Origin: Deltaproteobacteria bacterium
GTDB lineage: Bacteria > Desulfobacterota > Syntrophia > Syntrophales > UBA2192
Direction: 5' to 3'
Length of the DNA stretch: 64,000 bases
NCBI GenBank assembly: GCA_012728915.1
Contig: JAAYEC010000075.1
Coordinates: 82-64,081 of the forward strand
Of this stretch, positions 49,289-60,218 are shown piece by piece. The position numbers were made by a program, and so were the translations under genes. The notes under the pieces were generated by a model. The model saw only the letters and a list, made by a program, of their open reading frames with translations. It was not told the DNA's origin and searched no databases. The first letter of the stretch is position 1. Every line of letters begins with the position of its first letter.

Positions 49289-49346
49289 TCAGCTCCGTGT
49301 TTTCCGCCCTTGCACACATCCCCTCCGTCCTTTATATATACCCCCC

Positions 49347-49805
49347 ATGAGAATCCTCGGGATCGACTATGGCGACAAGCGCATCGGCCTGGCCCTGTCC
49401 GACGAGTTGGAGGTGACGGCGCGAGGGCTCGGGGTCATCGAGCGCAAATCGAAGAAAGCCGACCTGGATGCCCTCGCCGCAGTCGTCGCGGAGCACGCCG
49501 TCGGCGCCATCGTCGTCGGATATCCCCTGCGCCTCGACGGATCGGCGGGCATCCAGTGCGGAAAGGTCGACCGGTTCATCGCCGCCGTCCGGGAATCGAT
49601 CCCGGCGGTGCCCGTCACGGTCTGGGACGAGACGCTCTCCACGAAAGAGGCCGAGGGGTTGATGCGCCAGACGGGCGTGAACCGAAAGAGGAAGCGGGGC
49701 CTGGTGGACCGCATCGCCGCCGCATTCATCCTGCAGGACTATCTCGACAAGAAAAGCCGGCATGCCCCGGTCGGGCCCGCCGGCCCCGGGGACGGCCCCC
49801 CATGA
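49347..49805 (+). CDS. ruvX: YqgF/RuvX family pre-16S rRNA nuclease
   Basis: MRILGIDYGDKRIGLALSD, VVGYP, WDETLST, VDRIAAAFILQDYLD. Confidence 0.95.
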   Translation: MRILGIDYGDKRIGLALSDELEVTARGLGVIERKSKKADLDALAAVVAEHAVGAIVVGYPLRLDGSAGIQCGKVDRFIAAVRESIPAVPVTVWDETLSTKEAEGLMRQTGVNRKRKRGLVDRIAAAFILQDYLDKKSRHAPVGPAGPGDGPP

Positions 49806-50827
49806 CGATCCTGAAACGCCTCCGCTGTCGCCGCCTGGCGATCCTCGCGCTCGCCGCGACGGCGGGAATCGCCGCCGCGCTGTGGCTTCTCGTCTCCCTG
49901 CCGGGCCCCGGCGGCCGGGAGGAACCCGTCACCGTGCACATCCCCCGCGGCACGCCCTTCGGCCAGATCGTCAGCCTCCTCGACCGCAATGGGCTGGCGC
50001 GCAGCAGGATCCTCTTGCGCGTCATGGGGTTTGTCACCAACGCCTCCCTGCGGGTCAAGGCGGGGGAATACGAGTTCACGCGGGCCATGCCGCCACGGGA
50101 GATCCTGAGAAAGCTCGTCGAGGGGGACGTGAAGAAGCACCCCGTTGTCGTGCCCGAGGGCTTCACGGTGAGAAAGATCGCCGCGCGCCTGGCCGCCGAG
50201 GGCCTCGTCGAGGAGAAAGAGTTCCTGCGGCTGGCCGGGGACAGGAGACTGCTTGCCGATTTGAACATCCCGGCGCCGAACGCCGAGGGGTTTCTCTTCC
50301 CCGACACGTACATCTTTGACCGGGAGATGGACGCCGCCGCGATCATGAAGAAGATGGCCGCGCAGTTCCGCGTGAAGGTAACGGCGGAGATGACCGACAA
50401 GGCCGGCGAGCAGGGGCTCTCCCTCGTCCAGTGGGTGACGCTGGCCTCGATCATCGAGAAGGAGACGGGGCTGAAAAGCGAGATGCCGCTCGTGGCGGCC
50501 GTGTTCCGCAACCGGCTGAAGAACAAGATGCCGCTGCAGAGCGACCCCACCGTGATCTACGGCATCGAAAATTTCGACGGTAATTTGACGCGTCGGCACC
50601 TGGAGCGCCAAAATCCCTATAACAGCTACCTCAACCGGGGCCTGCCGCCGGGCCCCATCTGCAGCCCCGGCCTGGACGCCCTCCGGGCGGCCCTGAACCC
50701 CGCGCCGGTCAAATACCTGTACTTCGTCTCCCGCAACGACGGGTCCCACCACTTTTCCGAAACCCTCCCCGAGCACAGCCGGGCCGTCCGGAAGTACCAA
50801 ATCAACCGAAAATCCCGCGGAAATTAA
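49802..50827 (+). CDS. mltG: Endolytic transglycosylase
   Basis: KAGEY, PEGF, EGFLFPDTY, LASIIEKE, PLQSDPT, YNSY..GLPPGPI. Confidence 0.95.
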   Translation: MTILKRLRCRRLAILALAATAGIAAALWLLVSLPGPGGREEPVTVHIPRGTPFGQIVSLLDRNGLARSRILLRVMGFVTNASLRVKAGEYEFTRAMPPREILRKLVEGDVKKHPVVVPEGFTVRKIAARLAAEGLVEEKEFLRLAGDRRLLADLNIPAPNAEGFLFPDTYIFDREMDAAAIMKKMAAQFRVKVTAEMTDKAGEQGLSLVQWVTLASIIEKETGLKSEMPLVAAVFRNRLKNKMPLQSDPTVIYGIENFDGNLTRRHLERQNPYNSYLNRGLPPGPICSPGLDALRAALNPAPVKYLYFVSRNDGSHHFSETLPEHSRAVRKYQINRKSRGN

Positions 50828-50836
50828 ACTTTTTTC

Positions 50837-50900
50837 TTGACAGAAACGGAAGACGGCCCTAGTATTGCATCCGGGTGGAGCAAAGTGGATGATTGTGGAG
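50837..50900 (+). promoter_or_regulatory. dcw promoter TTGACA-N17-TAGTAT with three MraZ boxes
   Basis: -35 at 50837-50842, -10 at 50860-50865; GTGGA repeats at 50875, 50885 and 50895 (10-bp period). Confidence 0.85.
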
Positions 50901-50911
50901 GGGTCTCTCGC

Positions 50912-51358
50912 ATGTCTGTGTTCCGGGGGAGATATTACCATACGATAGACGACAAAGGAAGAATCATCTTCCCCGCCCGCCTGCGCGAGGTCTTCGCCGA
51001 AAAGTACGACAACCGCATGGTCATCACGAACTGGGACGGCTACCTCATGGTCTTCCCCTTCGACGAGTGGCAGATCCTCGAAGAGAAAATCTCGCATCAA
51101 TCCATTCTCAAGAAAGAAGTCCGCGCGTTTCAGCGCTTTTTCATGTCCGGGGCGGTGGACTGCACCTTCGACAGCCAGGGCCGCATCCTCGTTCCCCCGC
51201 CCCTGCGCGAGTACGCCGGGCTGGAGAAAGACATCGTCCTGGCCGGAATGGTCCGAGTCATCGAGATCTGGAGCAAGGAACGCTTCGAGGAGGAGGTCCG
51301 CAAGTCCGGCGAACAGATCGAGGGCTTCAGCGATTACATGGCCGACCTGGGAATCTGA
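50912..51358 (+). CDS. mraZ: Division/cell wall cluster transcriptional repressor
   Basis: [34 protein letters not shown]. Confidence 0.96.
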   Translation: MSVFRGRYYHTIDDKGRIIFPARLREVFAEKYDNRMVITNWDGYLMVFPFDEWQILEEKISHQSILKKEVRAFQRFFMSGAVDCTFDSQGRILVPPPLREYAGLEKDIVLAGMVRVIEIWSKERFEEEVRKSGEQIEGFSDYMADLGI

Positions 51359-51416
51359 CGGGCAGCTCCCCCGGCGTGATTCCCGCGTCCGCCTCCACCT
51401 GAGATCCTTGAAAAGA

Positions 51417-52385
51417 ATGATGAACGACGCAGGCGTGCCATCCGTCTACCACGAACCGGTCCTGCTGCAGGAGGTTCTTGAATCGCTCAACCTCAAGCCG
51501 GGCGGCATCTACGTGGACGGCACCCTGGGCGGCGGCGGGCACGCAAGGGGGATCCTGGCTGCCGCGTCCCCCGACGGTATCCTGGTCGGGATCGACCGGG
51601 ACGGCGACGCCCTCGCGGAAGCCGGCCGGGCCCTGGCGCCCTTCGGGCGACGCGCGATCCTCGTCCAGGGGAACTACGCCGACCTGAAGGAGATCCTCGC
51701 CGCTCTCGGAATCGGGCGCGTCGACGGCATCGTGCTCGACCTCGGGGTCTCGTCGCGTCAGCTCGAGGCGGCCGAGAGGGGCTTCAGCTTCTCGAAGCCT
51801 GCGCCGCTCGACATGCGGATGGACCGGCGGGCATCGACCACCGCGCGGGACCTGGTGAACCGGGCCGATGGGCGGGAGCTGGAGCGGATCCTGCGGGATT
51901 ACGGCGAGGAGCCGATGGCGGGGCGCATCGCGCGGGCCATCGTCGAGAAGAGGAAGGAGGGCCCGATCGAGAGGACGGACGAACTGGCCGGCATCATCGT
52001 CTCCGCCATGCCGGCCCGGGTGCGGCACGGAAGGATCCACCCCGCGACGCGGAGCTTCCAGGCGCTCCGGATCGCCGTCAACGACGAACTGGCCGGTCTC
52101 GCCCGGGGCATCACCTCGGGGATCGACTGTTTAGCGGAAGGCGGGCGGTTTTCCGTCATCACCTTCCACTCGCTGGAAGACCGGATGGTCAAGGAGCTCT
52201 TCCGCGACGCCTCTCGGGTCTGCACCTGCCCGTCCGATCTTCCCGTCTGCGCCTGCGGGGGCAGGCCGAGGCTCCGGGTCCTTACGCGAAAGCCGGTGCT
52301 CCCCGGCCGGGGGGAGACGGAACGGAACCCCCGGGCGCGCAGCGCGAAACTCAGAACCGCCGAAAGGACAGGAGAATGCCGGTAG
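51417..52385 (+). CDS. rsmH: 16S rRNA m4C1402 methyltransferase
   Basis: HEPVLL, DGTLGGGGH, DLGVSS, PLDMRMD, FQALRIAVN, FHSLEDR, NPRARSAKLR. Confidence 0.97.
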   Translation: MMNDAGVPSVYHEPVLLQEVLESLNLKPGGIYVDGTLGGGGHARGILAAASPDGILVGIDRDGDALAEAGRALAPFGRRAILVQGNYADLKEILAALGIGRVDGIVLDLGVSSRQLEAAERGFSFSKPAPLDMRMDRRASTTARDLVNRADGRELERILRDYGEEPMAGRIARAIVEKRKEGPIERTDELAGIIVSAMPARVRHGRIHPATRSFQALRIAVNDELAGLARGITSGIDCLAEGGRFSVITFHSLEDRMVKELFRDASRVCTCPSDLPVCACGGRPRLRVLTRKPVLPGRGETERNPRARSAKLRTAERTGECR

Positions 52386-52696
52386 CGAAGGTGGCACGGC
52401 CCCGGGCTGCGATGGAGGCAAGGGAACATGCGGCGATGCGTGTTCCCACACTCATCCTGGCGCTGCTCGTGCTGGTGGCCGTGGCGCTCGTCTACGTCTG
52501 GTCCCATCTTCACAACACGCAGCTGAAGTACCGGATCGCCGAGGAGATGACCGTCCGGGAGAACCTCACGGAGGAGAACCGAAGGCTCAAGATGGAGATC
52601 GCCACGCTGAAGTCGCCCCAGCGGATCGAGTCCATCGCCCGGGAAAAGCTCAGGCTCCAATACCCCGAACGGGAGCAGGTGGTCCTGATCAAATGA
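52376..52696 (+). CDS. ftsL: Cell division protein
   Basis: Single TM plus leucine-zipper region, LKSPQRIESIAREKL; lies between rsmH and ftsI. Confidence 0.88.
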   Translation: MPVAKVARPRAAMEAREHAAMRVPTLILALLVLVAVALVYVWSHLHNTQLKYRIAEEMTVRENLTEENRRLKMEIATLKSPQRIESIAREKLRLQYPEREQVVLIK

Positions 52697-54678
52697 ACGG
52701 CCGACCCCGAAAATGGTTCCGCTTCCGGATCGCCACGATGCTGGCGCTGTTCCTGGTGCTGTTCTGCGCGCTCGTCTTCCGGGCGTTTCACCTGCAGATC
52801 ATGACGGGGAAGACCTACAAGACCCTGGCTGAAAAGCAGCACAGGAAGACCCTCCAGCTCTATCCCGAGCGCGGCATCATCTACGACCGCAACGGCGAGA
52901 AGCTCGCCGCGAGCATCCTCGCGGATTCCGTCTTTGCCGACCCTTCCAAGATCGACAACGCCGACGAGGCCGCCGCGCAGCTCGCGGCCGTGACGGGCCA
53001 GCCCCGGAAGGCAATCGCCCAGCAGATCTCCAGGTCGAAGAATTTCTGCTGGGTGGCCCGCATGATCACCCCCGCCCAGTCCGAACAGATCAGGAACCTC
53101 AAGATGGAGGGGATTTACCTGATCCAGGAGCCGAAGCGCTTCTACCCGAACCGGGAACTCGCCGGCCAGATCATCGGCTTCGTGGGCATGGACTCCAACG
53201 GCCTCGAGGGTCTCGAGATGCGCTACGACGGCTACCTGCGCGGAGAGCCAGAGAAGATCCTCTGGGGACGCGACGCCCGGGGCAAGAAACTCTACATGCC
53301 CGAACGTTCCGCCACGGGCAAGAAGGACGAGCAGCTGAGCCTCGTCCTGACCCTCGACAGCCGCATCCAGCACGCCGTGGAGTCGAACCTGAAGGAGGCC
53401 GTGCTGCGGACCCGCGCGCGGGGCGGATTCATCATCGTCATGGATCCCCGCACGGGCGAGATCCTCGCCATGGCCAACAACCCCGTGTTCAACCCGAACG
53501 CCTACGCCAGCGCCGCGGCCGACAACAAGCGCAACAAGGCCATCACGGACTGCTTCGATCCGGGCTCCACCTTCAAGCCCTTCCTGGTGGCCGCCGCCAT
53601 CGAGGAGGGCGTTGTGAAGGAGTCGGACCGCTTCTACTGCGAAAACGGCGCCTACCGCGTGGCCAACGCGACCTTCCACGAGGCCAACCGCAAGCGGCAC
53701 GGCGTGCTCACCGTGCGGGAAATCCTGAAATACTCGAGCAACATCGGCTCCGTGAAGATCTCCGAAAAGCTGGGGCGGGAGAAGTTCCACGGCTACATCA
53801 GGAATTTCGGCTTCGGCCAGAAGACGAACATCGAGCTGCCCGGCGAAATCGCGGGCCTGCTGCGGCCCTGGCAGAACTGGACGCAGGTCGACACCTCCAC
53901 GGTCGCCTTCGGCCAGGGTGTCTCCGTGACGGCCATCCAGCTCGTCTCGGCCCTGTCCGCCATCGCCAACGGCGGGCTGCTCATGCAGCCTCACATCGTG
54001 AAGAAGTTCGTCGACTCGAGCGGCGAGACGGTCCGGGAGTTCGCCCCCACGCCCGTGCGACGCGTCATCTCCGCGGAGACGGCCCGGAGGATGACCGCCA
54101 TGCTGACCAACGTCGTCGGCGAACAGGGCGGCACGGGCAAGAACGCGGCGCTGGTCAACGTGGACGTGGCCGGCAAGACCGGTACGGCCCAGAAGTTCGA
54201 CTTCGCGCACAAGCGCTTCTCCAGCGAGCGGGTCCGGACCTCCTTCATGGGATTTTTCCCCTCTGAGAATCCGCGCTTCGTGATGCTCGTCTCCATCGAC
54301 GAGCCGCAGCTCCACAAGTGGGGCGGCGAGGCGGCGGCGCCCGTTTTCCGATCGATCTCCCAGCAGCTCATCCGCTGTTTCGAGCACGACATCGGGGAAA
54401 CACCTCCCGTGCGGGAAAAAGAAATCAACGCGGGCGCCAGGATCCAACTCGTGTCGACCCCCGCGGCAATTCCGGCAACGGGCGCCGCCGAGGAAGAAGA
54501 GGCCGCCATGCCCGATTTCAGGGGGATGACGGTCCGGCAGGCCTTGAAGGCGGCCCAGGACAGGGGGCTGACCATGAATGTCACGGGCAGCGGCTGGGCC
54601 GTCAGCCAGAGACCGGCGGCGGGCAGCCCGCTCAAGGGCCACCGGTCGTGCACCGTGTCCTTCAGCACAGGGGATTGA
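52693..54678 (+). CDS. ftsI: Class B penicillin-binding protein with C-terminal PASTA domain
   Basis: RGIIYDRNG, PGSTFK (SxxK), SSN, AGKTGTAQK; PASTA MPDFRGMT. Confidence 0.95.
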   Translation: MNGRPRKWFRFRIATMLALFLVLFCALVFRAFHLQIMTGKTYKTLAEKQHRKTLQLYPERGIIYDRNGEKLAASILADSVFADPSKIDNADEAAAQLAAVTGQPRKAIAQQISRSKNFCWVARMITPAQSEQIRNLKMEGIYLIQEPKRFYPNRELAGQIIGFVGMDSNGLEGLEMRYDGYLRGEPEKILWGRDARGKKLYMPERSATGKKDEQLSLVLTLDSRIQHAVESNLKEAVLRTRARGGFIIVMDPRTGEILAMANNPVFNPNAYASAAADNKRNKAITDCFDPGSTFKPFLVAAAIEEGVVKESDRFYCENGAYRVANATFHEANRKRHGVLTVREILKYSSNIGSVKISEKLGREKFHGYIRNFGFGQKTNIELPGEIAGLLRPWQNWTQVDTSTVAFGQGVSVTAIQLVSALSAIANGGLLMQPHIVKKFVDSSGETVREFAPTPVRRVISAETARRMTAMLTNVVGEQGGTGKNAALVNVDVAGKTGTAQKFDFAHKRFSSERVRTSFMGFFPSENPRFVMLVSIDEPQLHKWGGEAAAPVFRSISQQLIRCFEHDIGETPPVREKEINAGARIQLVSTPAAIPATGAAEEEEAAMPDFRGMTVRQALKAAQDRGLTMNVTGSGWAVSQRPAAGSPLKGHRSCTVSFSTGD

Positions 54679-54687
54679 GAGGCCGAC

Positions 54688-56217
54688 GTGGATCTGCTTG
54701 ACCTGCTTGAAAATGTCGACGTCCTGGAGGTTCACGGGACGCGGGCGCGGGAGATCGAGGGGATCTGCTACGACTCGCGCCGCTGCGGGGAGGATTCCCT
54801 GTTCGTGGCCGTCCGGGGAGCCAGGTTCGATGGACACCTCTTCGTCCCCGAGGCCGTGAGGCGCGGGGCCAGGGCCGTCGTCTACGACCGGGAGATCGCC
54901 CGGCACGCCGGGTACACCGCGGTCCGGGTGCGCGACAGCCGCCGGGCCCTCGGGGTGCTGGGCAGGAACTTCTTCGGGAACCCCTCGGGCTCGATCGGTC
55001 TCGTCGGGGTGACGGGCACCAACGGCAAGACCACCGTCACCTACCTGCTCGAGTCCATCCTGCGGGAGGCCGGCCACGAGCCCGGCGTGATCGGGACCGT
55101 GAACTACCGCTGGGGCTCCACCCTGACCGCCGCGTCGCACACGACCCCCGAGTCCTTCGAGCTGCAGCGCCTGCTGGCCGAGATCCGCGACGCCGGCGTC
55201 ACCCACGTGGTCATGGAAGTCTCCTCCCACGCGCTCGAGCTGAGAAGGGTGGAGGACTGCGCGTTCGACCTCGGCGTCTTCATGAACCTCTCGCAGGACC
55301 ACCTCGACTTCCACGGCACGATGGAGGCCTACTACGCCTCGAAGAAGCGGTTTTTCACGGACCTGCTCGCGGGGGAGAAGAACGGCCGCCGGCAGGGGCG
55401 GATCATCAACCTCGACGACCCCTGGGGCCGGAGGCTCGCCGGCGAGCTCGGCGCCAAGGGCCTGACGACCTTCGGCATCGACTCGATCGCCTTCGTCCAG
55501 GCCCGGGACGTGGAGTACGATCCCGGCGAGACCCGGGCGGAGATCGAAACCCCGGCAGGCACGTTTCCGATCCGGGCGCCCTTCATCGGAAAGTTCAACC
55601 TCTCGAACATCCTGGCCGCGGCGGCGGCGGCCTGCCACCTGGGGATCCCGCTGTCGGCGATCCAGCGGGGCATCGAGACCGCCAGGCCCGTCCCGGGACG
55701 CCTCGAAAAGATCAGCGCGCCGGGCGAGCCCGCCGTCTTCGTCGACTACGCCCACTCGGAGGACGCCCTGCGGGGAGTGCTGCGGAACCTTGCCCGGTTC
55801 CGCGAGGGACGGATCATCACCGTCTTCGGCTGCGGCGGGGACCGCGACCGCGGGAAGCGCCCGCTCATGGGCCGGGCCGCCGCCGAGGGGAGCGATCTCG
55901 TCGTGATCACCTCCGACAACCCCCGTTCCGAGGAGCCTCTCTCGATCATCGGCGAGATCGAGAGCGGGATCGATTCCTCCGTGATGCGGAAGACCGACCC
56001 GTCGGGCCTCGGCGCCGGCGACAGGGCCTATACGGTCGTGGCGGACCGGCGGGAGGCCATCGCCCTGGCCGTGGGGATCGCCGTCCCCGGGGACATCGTC
56101 CTCATCGCCGGCAAGGGCCACGAGGACTACCAGATCCTCGGGAACCGGACCATCGCCTTCGACGACCGGACCGTGGGCCGAGAGGCCCTGGACAGGAAGG
56201 GAGAGGGAACGCCTTGA
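54688..56217 (+). CDS. murE: UDP-MurNAc-L-Ala-D-Glu--meso-DAP ligase
   Basis: GTNGKTT, MEVSSH, DHLDFH, VDYAH, DNPR (DAP-specific), AGKGHE. Confidence 0.97.
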   Translation: MDLLDLLENVDVLEVHGTRAREIEGICYDSRRCGEDSLFVAVRGARFDGHLFVPEAVRRGARAVVYDREIARHAGYTAVRVRDSRRALGVLGRNFFGNPSGSIGLVGVTGTNGKTTVTYLLESILREAGHEPGVIGTVNYRWGSTLTAASHTTPESFELQRLLAEIRDAGVTHVVMEVSSHALELRRVEDCAFDLGVFMNLSQDHLDFHGTMEAYYASKKRFFTDLLAGEKNGRRQGRIINLDDPWGRRLAGELGAKGLTTFGIDSIAFVQARDVEYDPGETRAEIETPAGTFPIRAPFIGKFNLSNILAAAAAACHLGIPLSAIQRGIETARPVPGRLEKISAPGEPAVFVDYAHSEDALRGVLRNLARFREGRIITVFGCGGDRDRGKRPLMGRAAAEGSDLVVITSDNPRSEEPLSIIGEIESGIDSSVMRKTDPSGLGAGDRAYTVVADRREAIALAVGIAVPGDIVLIAGKGHEDYQILGNRTIAFDDRTVGREALDRKGEGTP

Positions 56218-57638
56218 AACCGAGCGAACTTCCCCGGTTCACGATGGAAGACGTGCTGGCGGCCACGGGCGGCACGATCCTGCGCCGCGGCCAGGCCGGG
56301 GCCTTCGACGGGGTCTCGACGGACTCGCGGAGCCTCGCAGCCGGCAGCCTCTTCGTGCCCCTGGCAGGCCCCCGGTTCGACGGGCACGACTATCTCGGCC
56401 AGGCGGCCGACGCCGGTGCCGCAGGGGTCCTCGTGGAGCGGGGCCGGGAAGGGCTGCTGAGGGATCTCCCCGCGAAGACGGCGGCCGTCTCCGTTCCGGA
56501 CACGCTCAGGGCGCTGGGGGACCTAGCCCGGCACTGGCGGGCCCGGTTCGACATCCCCGTCGTCGCCGTCACGGGGAGCACCGGCAAGACCACGACGAAG
56601 GAGATGGCGGCCGCCATCATGGGGCAGGAGAAGAATCTGCTCAAGAACGAGGGCAACCTCAACAACCTCGTGGGGCTCCCCCTGACGATCTTCCGGATGA
56701 ACGGGGCCCACGAGGCCGCCGTCCTCGAGATGGGCACGAACCGGCGAGGCGAGATCGCCCGCCTCACCGAGATCGCCGCACCCACCGTGGGCCTCGTCAC
56801 CAACGTGGGGCCGGCCCACCTCGAGGGGCTCGAGTCCATCGAGACGATCCGGGAGGAAAAAGGGGACCTCTTCCGCGTCATGGACGGCCACGGCACGGCG
56901 GTCATCAACCTCGACGACGCGCTGCTCGCCCCCTGGACGCAAACGTGGACGGGAAAGAGGATCACCTTCGGGATCGACGCCGATGCCGACGTGACGGCCT
57001 CCCGCATCGCCCACGAGGCCGAGAGGGGCACCGTGTTCACGCTCCTGGCGTTCGGGGCCTCGCGGGAGATCCTGCTGCCGGTGCTGGGGTTCCACAACGT
57101 CTCGAACGCCCTGGCCGCGACGGCCGCGGCGCTAGCCGCGGGGTTCGGCTTCGACACGGTCTGCCGGGGACTCATGGCCTTCCGGCCCGTGGAAGGGCGC
57201 ATGGAGGTCTGGCGGCTGAAAAACGGCGCCTGTCTCATCGACGACACCTACAACGCCAATCCCGCCTCCGTCGCGGCGGCCCTCAGGACCCTGCAGGGGC
57301 TCAAGGGCGAGTGCAGGAGCACGGTCATCCTGGGCGACATGCTCGAACTGGGCGACGAGGCGGAGCGCTACCACGAGGAGATGGGCCGGACCGTGGCCGA
57401 CACCGGGGTCGGGAAGGTCTACCTCCGGGGAGATTTCGCCAGGGCGACGGCCAAGGGGGCCCTGAAGCGGGGAATGAAGGGCGACCAGGTACTCGTCGAC
57501 CTTTCCACCGAGGAGACGGTGGCCCACCTGAAGGCCTGCCTCAAGGCAGGCGACTGGGTCCTCGTCAAGGGCTCGCGGAAGATGAAAATGGAAGAAATCG
57601 TCCGGGCGATCCTGGACGCGATCGGGGTTGCAAAGTGA
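56214..57638 (+). CDS. murF: UDP-MurNAc-tripeptide--D-Ala-D-Ala ligase
   Basis: TGSTGKTTTKE, GNLNN..GLP, DTYNANP, GDMLELG, VKGSR. Confidence 0.97.
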   Translation: MKPSELPRFTMEDVLAATGGTILRRGQAGAFDGVSTDSRSLAAGSLFVPLAGPRFDGHDYLGQAADAGAAGVLVERGREGLLRDLPAKTAAVSVPDTLRALGDLARHWRARFDIPVVAVTGSTGKTTTKEMAAAIMGQEKNLLKNEGNLNNLVGLPLTIFRMNGAHEAAVLEMGTNRRGEIARLTEIAAPTVGLVTNVGPAHLEGLESIETIREEKGDLFRVMDGHGTAVINLDDALLAPWTQTWTGKRITFGIDADADVTASRIAHEAERGTVFTLLAFGASREILLPVLGFHNVSNALAATAAALAAGFGFDTVCRGLMAFRPVEGRMEVWRLKNGACLIDDTYNANPASVAAALRTLQGLKGECRSTVILGDMLELGDEAERYHEEMGRTVADTGVGKVYLRGDFARATAKGALKRGMKGDQVLVDLSTEETVAHLKACLKAGDWVLVKGSRKMKMEEIVRAILDAIGVAK

Positions 57639-57671
57639 AAAGATCCTGTGATAGGGATACGACCTCAATCT

Positions 57672-57698
57672 GTAGGGGCGGGACGCCCCGGGATCCCC
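57672..57698 (+). repeat. Possible single GTAG-type REP palindrome between murF and mraY
   Basis: GTAG followed by the GGGCG-GGA-CGCCC hairpin. Confidence 0.35.
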
Positions 57699-57747
57699 AA
57701 CTGCTTGTGCAACGGGTTGGGGTTTTGTGTTTTGGAGATCTGCCGGA

Positions 57748-58827
57748 GTGATCTATCACCTGCTGTATCCGCTTCACGAGACCATCTCGTACTTCAACGT
57801 GTTCCGCTACATCACGTTCCGGACGATCTATGCGTCCATCACGGCCCTCGCCATCTGCTTCGTCGTCGGCCCCTGGCTCATCCGCAAGCTCGAGTCGCTG
57901 CAGATCGGACAGTCCATCCGCGAGGACGGCCCCGACACGCACCAGTCCAAGTCGGGCACGCCCACCATGGGCGGCATCATGATTATCTTCGCCGTGGTGG
58001 TCTCGACGCTGCTGTGGGCGAACCTGACCAACGACTTCGTCTGGATGCTCGTGGCCGTCACCGTCGGCTTCGGCCTCATCGGTTTCTTCGACGATTTCCG
58101 CAAGCTCACGAAGCGCAACAGCAAGGGAATCCCGGGGCGGACGCGGCTCATCCTGGAATTTGTCATTGCCCTGTTCATCGGGATCATCCTCTACCTCAAG
58201 CCCAACTTCAGCGAGGCGATCACGATCCCTTTCTTCAAGACCATGCTGCCCGACCTGGGCTGGGGGTATGTCCTCTTCACGGCCTTCGTGATCGTCGGGG
58301 CGGCCAACGCGGTGAATCTCACAGACGGCCTGGACGGCCTGGCCCTCGGGCCCGCGCTGATCTGTTTCATCACGTACCTGCTCTTCGCCTACTTCGCCGG
58401 CAACGCGAGGATCTCGGGCTACCTGCAGATCCCCTACGTGCCGGGGACGGGCGAGCTGTCCGTCTTCTGCGGGGCCATGGTGGGGGCCTGCCTGGGGTTT
58501 CTGTGGTACAACACCTACCCGGCGCAGATCTTCATGGGCGACGTGGGGTCGCTCTCCCTGGGCGGGGCCCTGGGGACGCTCGCCATCGTGACCAAGCAGG
58601 AACTCCTGCTCGCGATCGTGGGCGGGGTCTTCGTCCTGGAGACCGTATCGGTCATCTTCCAGGTGGGCTGGTTCAAGATCTCCAACGGAAAGCGCATCTT
58701 CCGCATGGCGCCCATCCACCACCATTTCGAACTGAAGGGGTGGGCGGAACCCAAGGTGATCGTCCGGTTCTGGATCATCTCGATCATCCTGGCCCTCGTG
58801 GCCATCAGTACGCTGAAGCTGAGGTAG
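57748..58827 (+). CDS. mraY: Phospho-N-acetylmuramoyl-pentapeptide transferase
   Basis: [37 protein letters not shown]; GTG start. Confidence 0.97.
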   Translation: MIYHLLYPLHETISYFNVFRYITFRTIYASITALAICFVVGPWLIRKLESLQIGQSIREDGPDTHQSKSGTPTMGGIMIIFAVVVSTLLWANLTNDFVWMLVAVTVGFGLIGFFDDFRKLTKRNSKGIPGRTRLILEFVIALFIGIILYLKPNFSEAITIPFFKTMLPDLGWGYVLFTAFVIVGAANAVNLTDGLDGLALGPALICFITYLLFAYFAGNARISGYLQIPYVPGTGELSVFCGAMVGACLGFLWYNTYPAQIFMGDVGSLSLGGALGTLAIVTKQELLLAIVGGVFVLETVSVIFQVGWFKISNGKRIFRMAPIHHHFELKGWAEPKVIVRFWIISIILALVAISTLKLR

Positions 58828-58836
58828 GAGCGCATT

Positions 58837-60213
58837 GTGGAGCTGAAGGGCAGGAACATTCTCGTCATCGGCCTCGGCAAAACGGGGATCGCCGCGGCAC
58901 GCTTCGCGGTCGAGCGGGGCGCCTCCGTGACCGTGGCCGACGAGAAGCCCGCCTCCGAACTGCGGGAGGCGATCGGATCCTTGACGGGACTGCCGCTTCG
59001 CCTGTTCACGGGCGGCGCGGATCCGGCGCTCGCCGCCGGCCGGGACCTCGTCGTGCCTTCGCCCGGGGTGCCGCCCTTCAACCCCCTGATCCTCGAGGCG
59101 GAGCGGCGGGGCATCCCCGTCGTGAGCGAGACCGAGCTGGCCTTCCGGTTCCTCCGGGTGCCCGTGATCGCCATCACCGGGACCAACGGCAAGACGACGG
59201 TGACGGCCCTGGTCGGCCACATCCTCGGCAAGGCGGGCAAGCGGGCCTTCGTGGGGGGCAACATCGGCAACCCGCTCGCGGGCTACGTCGGCGGGCCGCA
59301 GGACGACGACTGGGCCGTCCTCGAGCTGAGCAGCTTCCAGCTGCAGCGCATCGAGACGTTCCGGGCGCGGGTGGCGGTGCTCCTCAACAGGGCGCCCGAT
59401 CACCTGGACTACCACGCCGATTACGCGGAGTACTGCCGGGCCAAGGAGCGGATCTTCGAGAACCAGCAGCCGGGCGACCTGGCCGTCCTCAACGCCGATG
59501 AGCCCGGTTCGGTTGCCCTGGCGGGACGGCTCAAGGCCCGCGTGGCGTTCTTCAGCTCCACGGGCGTGCCCGGCGAGGGGATGGGCCTGCGGGAAGGGAC
59601 GATCGTCTGCCGCGCGGGCGGCCGCGAGGTCGAGACCTACCCCCTGTCGATGATCCGGCTCCCCGGGCGGCACAACGCGGAAAACGTCATGGCCGCCGTG
59701 ATGGCCGCCCGGTACGCAGGCTGCGCGCCCGGCGCGATCGCCGGGGCCGTCGAGAGCTTCAGGGGACTTGCCCACCGGATCGAGTTTGCCGGGGAAAAGA
59801 GCGGCGTGGCCTTCTACGACGACTCGAAGGGAACGAACGTGAGCGCCGTGGCGCGGGCCCTCGAGGCCTTCGAGGCGCCCGTCATCCTGCTTCTGGGAGG
59901 GCGCGACAAGAACGGGGATTTTGAGACCCTCGAGCCGTTCATCCGCCGGCGCGTCAAGGCGTTGGTCCTGTTCGGCGAGGCCCGCGGGCGCATCGGCGAG
60001 AGAATCGGGGGCGTCGTGAAGACCGAGACGGCGGTCACGATGGGTGAGGCCGTCCGCACGGCCTACGCCGGCGCCGCTCCCGGCGACGTGGTGCTGCTCT
60101 CGCCGGGATGCGCGAGTTTCGATGAGTTCCGGAGCTATGCCCACCGGGGCGACGTGTTCAAGGAAACCGTGGACCGGCTGGAAGACCGGGAAACGGCGGC
60201 GCGGAGGAACTGA
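58837..60213 (+). CDS. murD: UDP-MurNAc-L-Ala--D-Glu ligase
   Basis: GLGKTG, SPGV, GTNGKTT, ELSSFQL, DDSKGTN, LSPGCASFD. Confidence 0.97.
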   Translation: MELKGRNILVIGLGKTGIAAARFAVERGASVTVADEKPASELREAIGSLTGLPLRLFTGGADPALAAGRDLVVPSPGVPPFNPLILEAERRGIPVVSETELAFRFLRVPVIAITGTNGKTTVTALVGHILGKAGKRAFVGGNIGNPLAGYVGGPQDDDWAVLELSSFQLQRIETFRARVAVLLNRAPDHLDYHADYAEYCRAKERIFENQQPGDLAVLNADEPGSVALAGRLKARVAFFSSTGVPGEGMGLREGTIVCRAGGREVETYPLSMIRLPGRHNAENVMAAVMAARYAGCAPGAIAGAVESFRGLAHRIEFAGEKSGVAFYDDSKGTNVSAVARALEAFEAPVILLLGGRDKNGDFETLEPFIRRRVKALVLFGEARGRIGERIGGVVKTETAVTMGEAVRTAYAGAAPGDVVLLSPGCASFDEFRSYAHRGDVFKETVDRLEDRETAARRN

Positions 60214-60218
60214 GTCCC

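Noticed and set aside
48973-49346. selC (tRNA-Sec) expected next to selB
   Set aside because: No tRNA-Sec cloverleaf, UCA anticodon arm or CCA end could be found.
52510-56121. 1203-aa minus-strand ORF, and similar long antisense ORFs (35564-38539, 57565-60144, 17364-19187)
   Set aside because: Shadow frames opposite well-conserved genes, expected in high-GC DNA; no recognisable motifs.
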